A stretch of 64,000 nucleotides of DNA from Candidatus Limnocylindrales bacterium. Its GTDB lineage: Bacteria; Chloroflexota; Limnocylindria; Limnocylindrales; CSP1-4. Positions 9,740-19,803 of the stretch are shown piece after piece (the first letter of the stretch is position 1; every line of letters begins with the position of its first letter). The DNA is taken from NCBI GenBank assembly GCA_038239115.1, contig JBBSFD010000015.1, forward strand, positions 1,544 to 65,543, given 5' to 3'. The position numbers and the translations under genes were made by a program. The notes under the pieces are model-generated. The model had not been told where the DNA came from. It did not search any database and saw only the letters and a program-made list of their open reading frames with translations.

Positions 9740-11189
9740 GCGTGGGGCGAGCCGAGCTATGACGACAATCTCGAGATCCAGGGTGCAGGCCATTTGGAAT
9801 CGGGCACGGCCGCCCCAGACGATCTCGCCGATGGCCGCCACGATCGGGGCAGGCCTGGCGATCGCGGCGGTTGCGATGATCGTCGCGATCTCGGTCAGAT
9901 CGGGACGGGATCTCCAAGCAGCCGGAGTGGCAGTTGCCCTGTTCAGCGTGCTGGTGAGCCTGCGCTGGCCCCTCTTGCCGTTGTTTGCCCTGGCCGTCTT
10001 GATCCCGCTCGAGGAAGTGGTGGTCATCGGTGATCTGGGCACGCTGAGCCGATATGCCTCACTGCTGTTCATCGTCGCATACGGAGTTCCGCGACTCGGT
10101 CGCCTGACCCTGCGGGCGATGCCGGTCGCCGGCTACGCCTTCATCCTGTGGGCGACCTTTAGCGCGGCTTGGGCCATTGACGCGGCGACATCGTGGTCGG
10201 AGATACCGGCGCTCGTCCTGCTGCTCATTGCTGCCGTCGTCGTGGCGCAGGCAATCATCGATCGCCCAGAGATCATTCGGCCGCTGCTCTGGGCGTACAG
10301 CCTGTCGGCCGGAGCGACCGCGCTCCTCGGCGTCCTGACCTTCGTTGTGTCGGGCGGCCCTGTCGGCCCGAATGATCGAATCGGCGGGCTGGCCGGCCAA
10401 AACCCGGCCTACTTCGCGGCCATTCTTCTGCCCGCAGCCGTGTTCGCTCTTGATGAGCTCCTCCACGGCCGCTGGCTCGCACCCAGTGCCGCCATTGTGT
10501 TCCTGTGCACGGTGGCAATCGCCATCTCTGGAACCAGGGGGGCGTGGCTGAGCTTGGCCGTCGTTGTGGTAGTGTTCATCCTGCCTCGATTGGATCCGCT
10601 CCGGCGCGTGGCCGCGGTCGGAATCGTGATCGCCGTAGTCCTGATCACGTTGCAGATTCCGGGCATCGCCGACCTGGTGAATTCGCGCACGGACACGGCC
10701 ATATCGACGGGTGGCGCTGGCCGGACGGACATCTGGACGGTCGGACTCACGATCGCGGCCAAGGCGCCGGCCACCGGGGTTGGCATCGCCAACTTCCCCC
10801 TTGCCAACACGCCCGAATTGTTGCGCCAGCAAACGCTGGCTACCGGCACTGCCGAGACGCTCGCCAATCTCGGCCCTCATAACCTCGTCATCGGAACGCT
10901 CGCAGAGCTGGGGCTCGTCGGGCTGAGTCTCCTGATGGTCTTCCTGGTCCCGCTTGTCGTGCGCCGGGGTTGGGGTCCGGATGCAACGCTCATTCAGGCC
11001 GCGCTGGCATCCCTCTTGGTCATCGCGATGTTCCAAGACATGCTGGCGAGGAAGGAGCTCTGGCTGCTCATCGGGATAGCGGCCGGCCTGGCCTACCTCA
11101 AGAAGACCACGGCCCAGGGCCTGGTGATCAGGCCCAGGCCAGTACCGCAGGCGGAGACGAGGACGGCCCTCCGGGGACGGCCGACGTGA
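9729..11189 (+). CDS. O-antigen polymerase/ligase family protein (Wzy/WaaL-like)
   Basis: Polytopic; SGTRGAW, GRTDIW, GVGIANF and PHN motifs. Start is 9729 or 9759. Confidence 0.88.
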   Translation: MSPERGASRAMTTISRSRVQAIWNRARPPQTISPMAATIGAGLAIAAVAMIVAISVRSGRDLQAAGVAVALFSVLVSLRWPLLPLFALAVLIPLEEVVVIGDLGTLSRYASLLFIVAYGVPRLGRLTLRAMPVAGYAFILWATFSAAWAIDAATSWSEIPALVLLLIAAVVVAQAIIDRPEIIRPLLWAYSLSAGATALLGVLTFVVSGGPVGPNDRIGGLAGQNPAYFAAILLPAAVFALDELLHGRWLAPSAAIVFLCTVAIAISGTRGAWLSLAVVVVVFILPRLDPLRRVAAVGIVIAVVLITLQIPGIADLVNSRTDTAISTGGAGRTDIWTVGLTIAAKAPATGVGIANFPLANTPELLRQQTLATGTAETLANLGPHNLVIGTLAELGLVGLSLLMVFLVPLVVRRGWGPDATLIQAALASLLVIAMFQDMLARKELWLLIGIAAGLAYLKKTTAQGLVIRPRPVPQAETRTALRGRPT

Positions 11190-12418
11190 CCGACGCGATG
11201 TGGATCGCCAGGACCTACCCATGGGACGAAGCGCCTTGGACTGGGGTCTTCTATCAGAGTCAGGCGCGGGCGCTAGCTCGCCTCGGTCAGCACATCACCG
11301 TGGCCTGCCCGACTCCATGGGCACCGTGGCCGCTTTCAGCGATGCGGCCGCGCTGGCGTCATTACTCCGCGGCTCCGCGGCGATCAATCGACGAAGGTGT
11401 TTCGGTCGTTCGGCCACGCTACCTCAACGCACCTGGCGAGCCGAGCTGGGCGCACCCGGACAGCCTGATCGCTGAATCGATGTGGCGATCGCGCCGAGAC
11501 TGGGCCGGGGCAAGCCTGATCCATGGCCACCATGCGATAACCGGGCTGGCTGCCTGGAGGCTCGCTCGACGAACGGGCTTGCCATTCGTGCTGACCTTCC
11601 ACGGCAGCGACATCAACTCCTTTCCAGACGAGTTTCCGGAACGAGTCGGCGATCTGCGTGCGGCGACACGTGAGGCGGCAGCTGTATTCGCGGTGAGTCA
11701 GGCCCTGGCTGACCGGGTGCAGGCACTCACTGGCACGACGGCGATTCATCTGCCGCTTGGATCGGACCATCGGTCTCTCGCGGCCTCTGCCCTGGCTAAG
11801 GCCGAGGCACGGGCCCTTCTTGGGCTTCCAGCGGACGGGATTCTTGCCCTGTTCCTGGGCAACCTCAAGCCGTCAAAGGGCGTTCGTGAATTCGCGGACG
11901 CGATCCTTGCCCTTGGCAGTCCGTTCTACGGGATCCTTGTTGGAGGTGGGTCTGAAGCTGGCTACGGCGTCGACGATCCGCGCGCGATCGGCCGCCTCGA
12001 CTATCGCGGCCCGCAATCGCACGAACAGGCCATCCGGTACATGTCGGCCGCCGATGTTCTCGTTCTGCCATCGCACGGCGAGGGCTTGCCAACTGTAGTA
12101 GTCGAAGCCGGGTCGATACGCTTGCCGGTGATCGCCAGCCGCGTCGGAGGCATCCCGGAGCTCCTGGGCGACGGTCGGGGTTCCCTCCTTACTGACATCT
12201 CGTCCGAGGCCGTGGTCGTGGCGCTCAAGCAGTTCGCCGAGGGTCGGCCGGCTGCACGGGCGATGGCCGATCACCTTCATGACCTGGTCGTTCGCGACTA
12301 CGACGTTGACCGGAACGCCGCCAAGCTTCTCGACTACTACCGGCTGGCCGCACCGGGACTCCGCATTGGTACTGAAGAGAGGCTTGTCCCGGGACCGGAT
12401 CCGATCAGGATGCGATGA
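11186..12418 (+). CDS. Glycosyltransferase family 4 (TuaC-like)
   Basis: GTG overlaps the previous stop; TFHGSD, PSHGEGLPTVVVEA and ASRVGGIPE motifs. Confidence 0.9.
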   Translation: MTDAMWIARTYPWDEAPWTGVFYQSQARALARLGQHITVACPTPWAPWPLSAMRPRWRHYSAAPRRSIDEGVSVVRPRYLNAPGEPSWAHPDSLIAESMWRSRRDWAGASLIHGHHAITGLAAWRLARRTGLPFVLTFHGSDINSFPDEFPERVGDLRAATREAAAVFAVSQALADRVQALTGTTAIHLPLGSDHRSLAASALAKAEARALLGLPADGILALFLGNLKPSKGVREFADAILALGSPFYGILVGGGSEAGYGVDDPRAIGRLDYRGPQSHEQAIRYMSAADVLVLPSHGEGLPTVVVEAGSIRLPVIASRVGGIPELLGDGRGSLLTDISSEAVVVALKQFAEGRPAARAMADHLHDLVVRDYDVDRNAAKLLDYYRLAAPGLRIGTEERLVPGPDPIRMR

Positions 12419-13314
12419 TACGAATGAGCATGAACACCCGGCCGATTGATGGAGACACCCAGTCAACGCGCGGACTTCGGTCGATCGCGCGCACCTGGTT
12501 CTGGTTCATCCTGCTCGGGACGATCGTCGGGGTCGGGGCAGCCTTCCTGATCTCGGCTGTGACCCCGGCCACCTACACGGCCAGGGTTTCGCTCCTGATC
12601 ATCCCGTCCAGCCCATCCGGCTCGTCCACGCCGATCACGCCTAGTGACCTGACCGTTTCGCAGGCATTGATTCCGACGTTCGCCGAGCTTGCGACGACCA
12701 CCCCGGTGCTGACCGGGGCGATCACCGCGGCCGCTGCCACCACGAACCCGCAGGCGCTCGCTCAAGCGGTCACGACTCATGTCCCGACCAACACGAACAT
12801 TTTGGACATCAGTGTGTCGGACCGGGATCCGGCCCAGGCGGCGGCCCTTGCGAATGCCATCGCCGACCAGCTCCGGAACTATTCACCGCCTGACAGCAAT
12901 GACGCGTCCGTCGGCTCGCTCGTCCAACTCAGCAAGGTTGATCCGGCCACGCCGCCCACCGTCAAGGACGGGCCAGGCCTCCTGGTCAGGCTCGCCCTCG
13001 GCGGGGCGATCGCGCTGTTTCTGACGGTGAGCATCGCATTCCTCGGTGAGAACCTGTCGCGCGGCCGAGAGCTCATTCGCCGGTCATCCGGCCCAGGGGT
13101 CCAGGCCGACCCTCCAAATCCCGACCCGATCACGCCGCGAGCTGAGCCAGATTCGTCGAGCGGTCCGTATGCCATGCCTGCCTGGTGGCGTCGAGCCCGA
13201 GCTGCCCAGTCCACGCCGCCACCGAACTGGCCCCCCTCCCGCGCCGGCACAGTCAAGCCCGAATCGGCACCGGATCCGCGCGGCTCCGGCGCTCCCCGGG
13301 ACGCCGCTCGCTGA
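12415..13314 (+). CDS. Polysaccharide co-polymerase / chain-length regulator (Wzz/CapA-like, no kinase domain)
   Basis: Two TM segments flanking a soluble loop; PATYTARVSLL, TNILDISVSDRDPAQAAALANA and VDPATPP motifs; Pro-rich tail. Confidence 0.8.
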   Translation: MIRMSMNTRPIDGDTQSTRGLRSIARTWFWFILLGTIVGVGAAFLISAVTPATYTARVSLLIIPSSPSGSSTPITPSDLTVSQALIPTFAELATTTPVLTGAITAAAATTNPQALAQAVTTHVPTNTNILDISVSDRDPAQAAALANAIADQLRNYSPPDSNDASVGSLVQLSKVDPATPPTVKDGPGLLVRLALGGAIALFLTVSIAFLGENLSRGRELIRRSSGPGVQADPPNPDPITPRAEPDSSSGPYAMPAWWRRARAAQSTPPPNWPPSRAGTVKPESAPDPRGSGAPRDAAR

Positions 13315-13348
13315 CCGCGAATCGCCGCGAGGCACCACGGGGACGATC

Positions 13349-14299
13349 GTGCGGGTCCTGATCACCGGGGGAGCCGGTTTCATCGGGCATCATCTGGTTC
13401 GGCGGCTGCTGGATCGAGGCGATCAGGTCGCCGTCCTGGACGACTTCTCGACCGGTCTCGAGTGGCGCCTGGCACCATACCTGGGCCGGATCAGCCTCGT
13501 GCGCGGCAGCGTCCTCGTGCCGGCCGACCTCGACCGCGCGGCGGCGTCCTGCGATGTGATCCTCCACCACGCCGCGCTCGCTTCGGTCGCGCAGTCCCTG
13601 CTCGATCCACTCAGGACGAACGACGTGAACGTCGGCGGGACGATCGAGACGATGCTCGCGGCGCGTCGGCAGGGCGTCCGACGGGTCGTCCTGGCAGGAT
13701 CGTCATCGGTCTACGGCGCCGCTGACGAGCTGCCCTGCCGCGAGAGCCAGCGGGCCACCCCGCAGTCTCCGTACGGCGCGAGCAAGCTGGCCGCCGAACA
13801 CTTCCTGCATGCCCTCGGGGAGCTCCATGGCATCGAGACGGCCGTGCTCCGGTACTTCAACGTCTTCGGGCCGGGACAGGATCCAAGCCAGGAGTATTCG
13901 GCGGTGATCCCGCGCTTCATCACCGCCGTCCTGGCGGGTGATCGGCCCACGATCTACGGAAACGGCCAGATATCCCGTGACTTCATCCACGTTGACGATG
14001 TCGTCCGCGCAAACCTGCTCGCCGCCGATTCGTCGTCGCCGACCGGGATCAGCGTCAACATCGCGAGTGGCACGAGCTTGTCCATCCTCGATCTGCTGGC
14101 TGCAATCAACCACGCTGCGAGCACGAGCCTCGAACCTCGTTTCGAGCCTGCCCGTAGCGGGGACATCGCCCGCTCCGAGGCTGACATCGGGCTGGCCTTG
14201 ACCACGCTCGGCTTCGAGACAGGAATCTCTTTGGCTGATGGCCTTGCGGAAACGGTGGCTTGGTATCGACGCGATCGAGGGTCTGCCCAGCCGCCCTGA
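13349..14299 (+). CDS. NAD-dependent nucleotide-sugar epimerase (UDP-GlcNAc/Glc C4-epimerase-like)
   Basis: TGGAGFIG, SSSVYG, YGASK, LRYFNVFGPGQ and RDFIHVDD motifs. Confidence 0.93.
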   Translation: MRVLITGGAGFIGHHLVRRLLDRGDQVAVLDDFSTGLEWRLAPYLGRISLVRGSVLVPADLDRAAASCDVILHHAALASVAQSLLDPLRTNDVNVGGTIETMLAARRQGVRRVVLAGSSSVYGAADELPCRESQRATPQSPYGASKLAAEHFLHALGELHGIETAVLRYFNVFGPGQDPSQEYSAVIPRFITAVLAGDRPTIYGNGQISRDFIHVDDVVRANLLAADSSSPTGISVNIASGTSLSILDLLAAINHAASTSLEPRFEPARSGDIARSEADIGLALTTLGFETGISLADGLAETVAWYRRDRGSAQPP

Positions 14300-14351
14300 A
14301 CGGGGCCGGCCTCCGCTTTGGTAGGATCGCGCCGCAGCGCGAGCCCTAGCC

Positions 14352-16184
14352 GTGCCCAATTCAAGGCAGGCGCCATTGCCGGGTTTATCGATCTGGATGC
14401 CGGCCGACGGCGAACAGGACGCTCCGTCCCGATTCCGGCGAGCCCTCGGGCTCGAGGTCCGGCCTCCCTCGGGCGAGAGTGTGGTCAATCTCGACGTTGG
14501 CGGCTGCCTCGCCGGCCATGTTGGGTATCCGTCGTACCCGGTCCAGACGTGGCGCAGTCCTGGGATGTTGATCCTGCTCGAGGGCAGGACCTACGGTCGA
14601 TCGGATGACGAGCTGGGTCGAGAGCTCGGGGAGGTCTTCGCGGAGGCGCTCGCCGGCGGCAGCGATTTCGAGAACATCGCCCGGTTCGTAAGGTCGACCG
14701 ACGGCGACTTCCTGGCGGTCGGTATCTCGGCATCCGGTGATCGGATGGTGGCGTTTACGGATGCCCTCGGTCGCCTCCCCGTCTACGTCCATGTCGGTGC
14801 CGCCGGCGTGATCCTGAGTCGCGAATGCAAGGTGATCGGGTCGATCAACGCGACCTGGCAGTTCGATCGGCTCGGGCTTGCCGAGCACTTCTGGGTCGGC
14901 TATCCGTTGGGGGATCGGACCCAATTCGAAGGGATCCGGCGAGCTGGCGAGGGGTTCTGCCTGGAGGCCGATCGGACACCGATCAGCATTGCGACCCGCC
15001 AGGCGTCGACCTACTCGTATCGATGCGACCTGAAGTTGGATCGACGAGACATCGGGGCATCAGCCGCGGACCTCGCGGATCGGCTGGCCGCCGCCGCAGT
15101 CGCCCGCAGCGCTGGACCCGAGGGGACCACGACGGTGGTATCCCTGAGCGGTGGCAGCGACTCGCGCACCCTGCTCGCGGGCCTGCGCGGGTCAAGGTCC
15201 AATGTCGTTGCAGCAACCTTCCAGCGGAACGATGGCGGACAGGCCGAAGACGTGCGCGTTGCAGAGCTGGTCGCTCAATCGCTCGGCGTTCCCTGGCATC
15301 TCCTCAAATTGCCACCGGTCGAACCCGAGGCCGAACAGGATCTGGCCTGGCTGAGGGATGGGCTGAACAGCGTCGAGATGGCCTTTCTCCTGCCCTTCTT
15401 TGAGGAGACCGTGCGCCGCTGGGGTGATTCGGCCATCCTGCTGACCGGCGATGGCGGCGACAAGGTCTTTCCGGACCTTCGGCCGGTCCGTCGGCCGCGG
15501 AACATCGACGACCTGATCGATACGATTCTCGCGGACGCCATGCTGATGAGCACGCGCAGCGTCGAGGTCCTGTTGGGCCTGGAAGCGGGCCGCCTGCGCG
15601 ACGAATTGAGCGGACTCTTGAATTCCTACCCAGAAGAGGCGCTGGAGTACAACGCCGTCAGGTTCCTGATCGCCGAACGCGGTCGAAAGGCCCTGTTCGA
15701 GGGTGAGGACCGAGGACGGTCCTTCCTGTGGCAGGCCACCCCGTTCTACGCCCTACCGGTGTTCGAAGCAGGACTGGCGGTGCCCGACGAGAAGAAGGCC
15801 GACGATCGGTTCTACCTCGAGGTCCAAAGACATCTCGATCCGACCCTCCTGACGCTGCCCCACGCGGACTTCGGAATACCGATCGATTCGGCGCGGTTTC
15901 GTCGCCGCGCCTTCGCCCGGCGTTGGACGCTCCGCGCCGCAGGCCCAGTGGTCCGGCCGCTGCTTAGACGCGTCAGGGCACGAGAGCCCGACCCCGTAGG
16001 CCCCCGGGCGCTGACGCTGGACCTGCTGCGTCAAGCGCTGGCTGCCCAATCGCCACTGGCCGGCATGCTGGACGCGAGCGTCGCGATCGCGACGGTGACC
16101 GGAGCGACAAGCGCCAGGCTCACCGACTGGCGAACCGTGCTCCTGGTTGATCAACTCTGGAGAAGTCGCGTTACCGGCGGCTGA
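14352..16184 (+). CDS. Asparagine-synthase-like ATP-dependent amide ligase (degenerate Ntn domain)
   Basis: DALGRLPVY, SLSGGSDSR and LTGDGGD motifs; no N-terminal Cys. A TTG start at 14376 is possible. Confidence 0.75.
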   Translation: MPNSRQAPLPGLSIWMPADGEQDAPSRFRRALGLEVRPPSGESVVNLDVGGCLAGHVGYPSYPVQTWRSPGMLILLEGRTYGRSDDELGRELGEVFAEALAGGSDFENIARFVRSTDGDFLAVGISASGDRMVAFTDALGRLPVYVHVGAAGVILSRECKVIGSINATWQFDRLGLAEHFWVGYPLGDRTQFEGIRRAGEGFCLEADRTPISIATRQASTYSYRCDLKLDRRDIGASAADLADRLAAAAVARSAGPEGTTTVVSLSGGSDSRTLLAGLRGSRSNVVAATFQRNDGGQAEDVRVAELVAQSLGVPWHLLKLPPVEPEAEQDLAWLRDGLNSVEMAFLLPFFEETVRRWGDSAILLTGDGGDKVFPDLRPVRRPRNIDDLIDTILADAMLMSTRSVEVLLGLEAGRLRDELSGLLNSYPEEALEYNAVRFLIAERGRKALFEGEDRGRSFLWQATPFYALPVFEAGLAVPDEKKADDRFYLEVQRHLDPTLLTLPHADFGIPIDSARFRRRAFARRWTLRAAGPVVRPLLRRVRAREPDPVGPRALTLDLLRQALAAQSPLAGMLDASVAIATVTGATSARLTDWRTVLLVDQLWRSRVTGG

Positions 16185-16196
16185 CGACGGGCTCGA

Positions 16197-17261
16197 TCAT
16201 GAGCCCCGGTGCCCGGCAGCTCTGATGCTTCGGCGCCATCGGAGCACGGACTGAAACCACGCAGAGGGCAGGAACGTGAGCCCAAACAGCCCGAGGGTTG
16301 AGGGCGTCCACGGCGCGCTCCGCAATGACTGAGCGATGTGCGCTCGCGCCATCCGCCTCGACCCGAGGATGAGCTCGGCCGTGCCCACCCACCGATGGGC
16401 ATAGGCGCGCGCCCTGGCGATCTTTTCCGGCTCAAGCGTGATTCGGTCCGAGTCCCGAGCCAGTGCCTCCTCGAGGACTCGCAGATAGCCTTTGGCCATT
16501 GGCAGAGACGTGTGCGTTCCGCTCAGCTTGTCGTCCGTGCCAGTCCGATACCGGACGTCCGGAACGTCAACGAAGGCGACTGGCCCGGCCGCGCACGCGC
16601 GCAGGAAGAACTCGTAGTCCTCACCCATCGAGAACCGTTCATCGAACCGGCCGGTGAGGTCCAATCGCTGGCGACGCATGACGGTCGACGACGCGAGAAC
16701 CAGGTTGCCCATGATCATCGCCGAGAAGACATCGCCAACATACAGACGGCCATCCTCTGACCCGACCGGCACGACGACTCCTTGTCCCGCGAGCGGCGCC
16801 GAGCTCGGAAAGAGCTCGTCCATCGTGAAGTGCCGATATGCGCCAAGGAGCTCTTTCAGGGCAGGCGACAAGACCATCGTGCCGACGGAATCAACGAACG
16901 AAATCTCGGTCCAGATCAAGCCAGCCTCGGGGCGGCGGTCGAGGCACTCCAGCATCAGCTGCAGGTGCCAAGGCTGCCAGGCGTCGTCCGAGTCGAGGAA
17001 CGCGATGTACCCACCCGTCGCCAGGTCGAGTCCGGCGTTTCGAGCCGACGATGCGCCGCGATTGGCTTGGTACGAGTAGCGGACCCGCGGATCGCTCCCG
17101 AACCAGGCTGCCATCGACTCGCGCGTGTCGTCGGTCGAGCCGTCGTCGACGACGATCACCTCGAGGGCGCGATAGGTCTGGTCAAGCACGCTCTGGACCG
17201 CCTCTCGCAGGAGGACGGCCCGATTGAAGGTAGGGATGATGACGCTGACCGTGCCCGACAC
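16197..17261 (-). CDS. Glycosyltransferase family 2
   Basis: VSVIIPTFNR, VVDDGSTD, ARNAG, FLDSDD and EDYEF motifs. Confidence 0.95.
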   Translation of the reverse strand: MSGTVSVIIPTFNRAVLLREAVQSVLDQTYRALEVIVVDDGSTDDTRESMAAWFGSDPRVRYSYQANRGASSARNAGLDLATGGYIAFLDSDDAWQPWHLQLMLECLDRRPEAGLIWTEISFVDSVGTMVLSPALKELLGAYRHFTMDELFPSSAPLAGQGVVVPVGSEDGRLYVGDVFSAMIMGNLVLASSTVMRRQRLDLTGRFDERFSMGEDYEFFLRACAAGPVAFVDVPDVRYRTGTDDKLSGTHTSLPMAKGYLRVLEEALARDSDRITLEPEKIARARAYAHRWVGTAELILGSRRMARAHIAQSLRSAPWTPSTLGLFGLTFLPSAWFQSVLRWRRSIRAAGHRGS

Positions 17262-17446
17262 CAGAACGCGCTCCAGCTGATTGGGCAGCGAAGTATATCG
17301 CGAGGTTTGGCCACGTCCGCAAGGACCAAATCCGTGCCCAAATGGTGCGCGCTGGCAACCTCGAGCCAGCCAAATGGCTGGTCTGGCCGGATGACTATCG
17401 TATGATCCGTGCCGTTATCGACCGGGAAAAACGAGGAACGAATCGA

Positions 17447-17707
17447 GTGAACCAGAGCGCCGACGTGGCGGACCGAATTCGACAGGTGATCCGGGAGCAC
17501 GGGCACCTTCCCGTGGACATCTCGACGCTCGACGACGAGACCGACCTGTTCCAGGCCGGGATGACCTCGCACGCCAGCGTCAACCTGATGCTCGGCCTCG
17601 AGTCCGCGTTCGATGTGGAGTTTCCGGACGCGATGCTCAAGCGGAGCGTCTTCCAGAGCGTCTCGGCAATCAAGGCGGCCCTCGCCCAACTCCAGGTGGC
17701 AGCATGA
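17447..17707 (+). CDS. Carrier protein (ACP-like, amino-acyl carrier type)
   Basis: 86 aa, acidic; DLFQAGMTSHASVNLMLGLE with the phosphopantetheine Ser in a TSH context; GAGGA upstream of the GTG. Confidence 0.9.
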   Translation: MNQSADVADRIRQVIREHGHLPVDISTLDDETDLFQAGMTSHASVNLMLGLESAFDVEFPDAMLKRSVFQSVSAIKAALAQLQVAA

Positions 17708-18873
17708 CCGTAGCCGTTGACCGCGACCAGGCATTCCTGGCCGCGATCCGTCGTATCGCCGGCGAGGTCGCGGCGCCCAGTGCCGATGACGTCGACCGGA
17801 ACGCCCGCTTTCCTTCAGAAACGATCGAGGCCCTGCGGGCCGAGCACGCCATGTCGGCGTTGATTCCCGAGGAATACGGCGGCGAGGAGATCTCGTTCGA
17901 GGCGGTGGCGGCGGCGTGCTTCGAGCTCGGTCGCCGCTGCGGGGCCAGCGCCATGGTCTTCGCCATGCACCAGATCCAGATTGCCTCGATCGTGCGCCAC
18001 CTGAATGGCTCGGCCTGGTTTGAGCAGTACCTGCGCGACGTCTCGCGCGATCAGCGGCTCGTGGCTTCGGTCACCTCCGAGATCGGCACGGGCGGCGACC
18101 TGGGCAAGTCGATCGCGGCGGTCACGCCCGGCGCATACGGCCAGGCGACGTTCGAGAAACAGGCCCCGACGGTGTCCTACGGCGCCTATGCCGACGACCT
18201 GTTGACCACCCTGCGCCGTGCCCCTGAGGCGGAGCCGGGCGACCAGGTCGTCGTCCTGACTCACCGCGAGCAGTTCAACCTAGAGCAAAAGGGCACCTGG
18301 GATCCGATGGGCATGCGCGGGACGTGCTCGCCGGGCTATACCGTCCGGGCCGAGTTCCCCGTCGAACAGGTCCTGCCGACTCCCTTCTCGACGGTCGGCA
18401 CGGAGTCGATGGTGCCGATCTCGCACATCCTGTGGTCGCACCTCTGGCTGGGCATCGCCACCGACGCCTTCGATCGCGCCCGCGCCTTCGTGCGGGCGTC
18501 GGCCAAGGCGCGCCCCGACCAGCTCCCGCCGACCGCCGTCCGGCTGTCCCAGTTGATGAGCGAGCTTTCCCTCCTGCGCGCGGAGGTCAGCACTGGCCTG
18601 CGCGACTTCAGCGACGCATCCGGCGATCGCGAGAGCCTGACCACGATGGCCATGATCCTGCGCTTCAACAACCTCAAGATCGCGGCATCGGAGCAGGCCC
18701 CGCGGGTCTGCCAGGGGGCGATGAACGTGTGCGGAATCGTCGGCTACAAGAACGACACGCCGTTCAGCATCGGACGCCACCTGCGCGACACGATGTCGGC
18801 CTGCCTGATGGTCGCCAACGAGCGGATCCACCAGACGAACGCCAGCCTGCTGCTGATCGCAAAGGACGTCTAA
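17704..18873 (+). CDS. Acyl-CoA/acyl-carrier dehydrogenase
   Basis: DDVDRNARFP, PEEYGG, FAMH, SE.GTGGD and WDPMGMRGTCS motifs; ATGA-coupled to the carrier protein gene. Confidence 0.92.
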   Translation: MTVAVDRDQAFLAAIRRIAGEVAAPSADDVDRNARFPSETIEALRAEHAMSALIPEEYGGEEISFEAVAAACFELGRRCGASAMVFAMHQIQIASIVRHLNGSAWFEQYLRDVSRDQRLVASVTSEIGTGGDLGKSIAAVTPGAYGQATFEKQAPTVSYGAYADDLLTTLRRAPEAEPGDQVVVLTHREQFNLEQKGTWDPMGMRGTCSPGYTVRAEFPVEQVLPTPFSTVGTESMVPISHILWSHLWLGIATDAFDRARAFVRASAKARPDQLPPTAVRLSQLMSELSLLRAEVSTGLRDFSDASGDRESLTTMAMILRFNNLKIAASEQAPRVCQGAMNVCGIVGYKNDTPFSIGRHLRDTMSACLMVANERIHQTNASLLLIAKDV

Positions 18874-19803
18874 ATGGCCAGCTACCGGGCGGCGTCGCCG
18901 TCGCAGGCGGCCTACCTCAGCGACCTCGTCGGTCGCGGCCTGCTGCTCGAGACCGGGGTGCCCGGCATCTACGGGCAGGGGGTCGACTTCGAGCGCGTCC
19001 GCGAGGCATTCACCGCGGCGGTGATGCGGGCGGCCGTCCCGGACCACGCCGAGCCGATGCGCTTCCCGCCCCTCCTGCCCCGCTACCAGATCGAGAAGAA
19101 CGGCTACCTGTCCTCCTTTCCACACCTGGCCGGCAGCGTCTTCTCGTTCACCGGGACGGACGCCGAGGCCCTCGAGCAGGAGGCGCTGGCCGGCCGGCAC
19201 GAGGACTGGAGCGGCTTCCAGACGATGACCGACCTGGTCGTCCTGCCGGCTGCCTGTTACCCGGTGTATCCGGAGATCGCCCGGCGCGGCCCGCTGCCGG
19301 CGTCGGGGGCCACGGTCGATACCGGTAGCTCATGGGTCTTCCGCAACGAGGCCTCGGGCGATCCCGCCCGGCTCCAGATGTTCCACATGCTCGAGTTCGT
19401 GCGGATCGCCGACCCGGCCGATGTCGGCACGTTCCGTGACGAATGGCTCGAGCGCACGGTGGCCCTCTTCCAGCGGGTCGGCCTGGACGCGACGTCGGAG
19501 ATCGCGTCGGATCCGTTCTTCGGCCGGGCGGGCCGGATGCTCGCGGCCAACCAGCGCTCGCAGGAGCTGAAGTTCGAGCTGGTGGCCATGGTTGGCGGCC
19601 CGGAGCCCACCGCCATCGCCTCGTTCAACTACCACCAGGACCACTTCACCCAGATCTACGAGATCGAGCTGGAGGGTGGCCGGGTCGCCCACACCGGCTG
19701 CGTCGCCTTCGGCCTCGAGCGGATCACCCTTGCCCTGTTCCGGGCCCACGGCCTGACCCTTGACGCCTGGCCGGCCGAGGTGCGCTCAGAGCTCTGGCCA
19801 TGA
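18874..19803 (+). CDS. Amino acid--[carrier protein] ligase (truncated atypical SerRS homolog)
   Basis: YLSSFPHL, PAACYPVY, motif-2 FRNE..DPARLQMFHMLEFV, SFNYH and HTGCVAFGLER (motif 3, Zn-binding Cys); no tRNA-binding domain. Confidence 0.92.
   Translation: MASYRAASPSQAAYLSDLVGRGLLLETGVPGIYGQGVDFERVREAFTAAVMRAAVPDHAEPMRFPPLLPRYQIEKNGYLSSFPHLAGSVFSFTGTDAEALEQEALAGRHEDWSGFQTMTDLVVLPAACYPVYPEIARRGPLPASGATVDTGSSWVFRNEASGDPARLQMFHMLEFVRIADPADVGTFRDEWLERTVALFQRVGLDATSEIASDPFFGRAGRMLAANQRSQELKFELVAMVGGPEPTAIASFNYHQDHFTQIYEIELEGGRVAHTGCVAFGLERITLALFRAHGLTLDAWPAEVRSELWP

Noticed and set aside
18874-19803. Seryl-tRNA synthetase
   Set aside because: Only 309 aa, no tRNA-binding domain, and in an operon with a carrier protein; fits an aa:CP ligase
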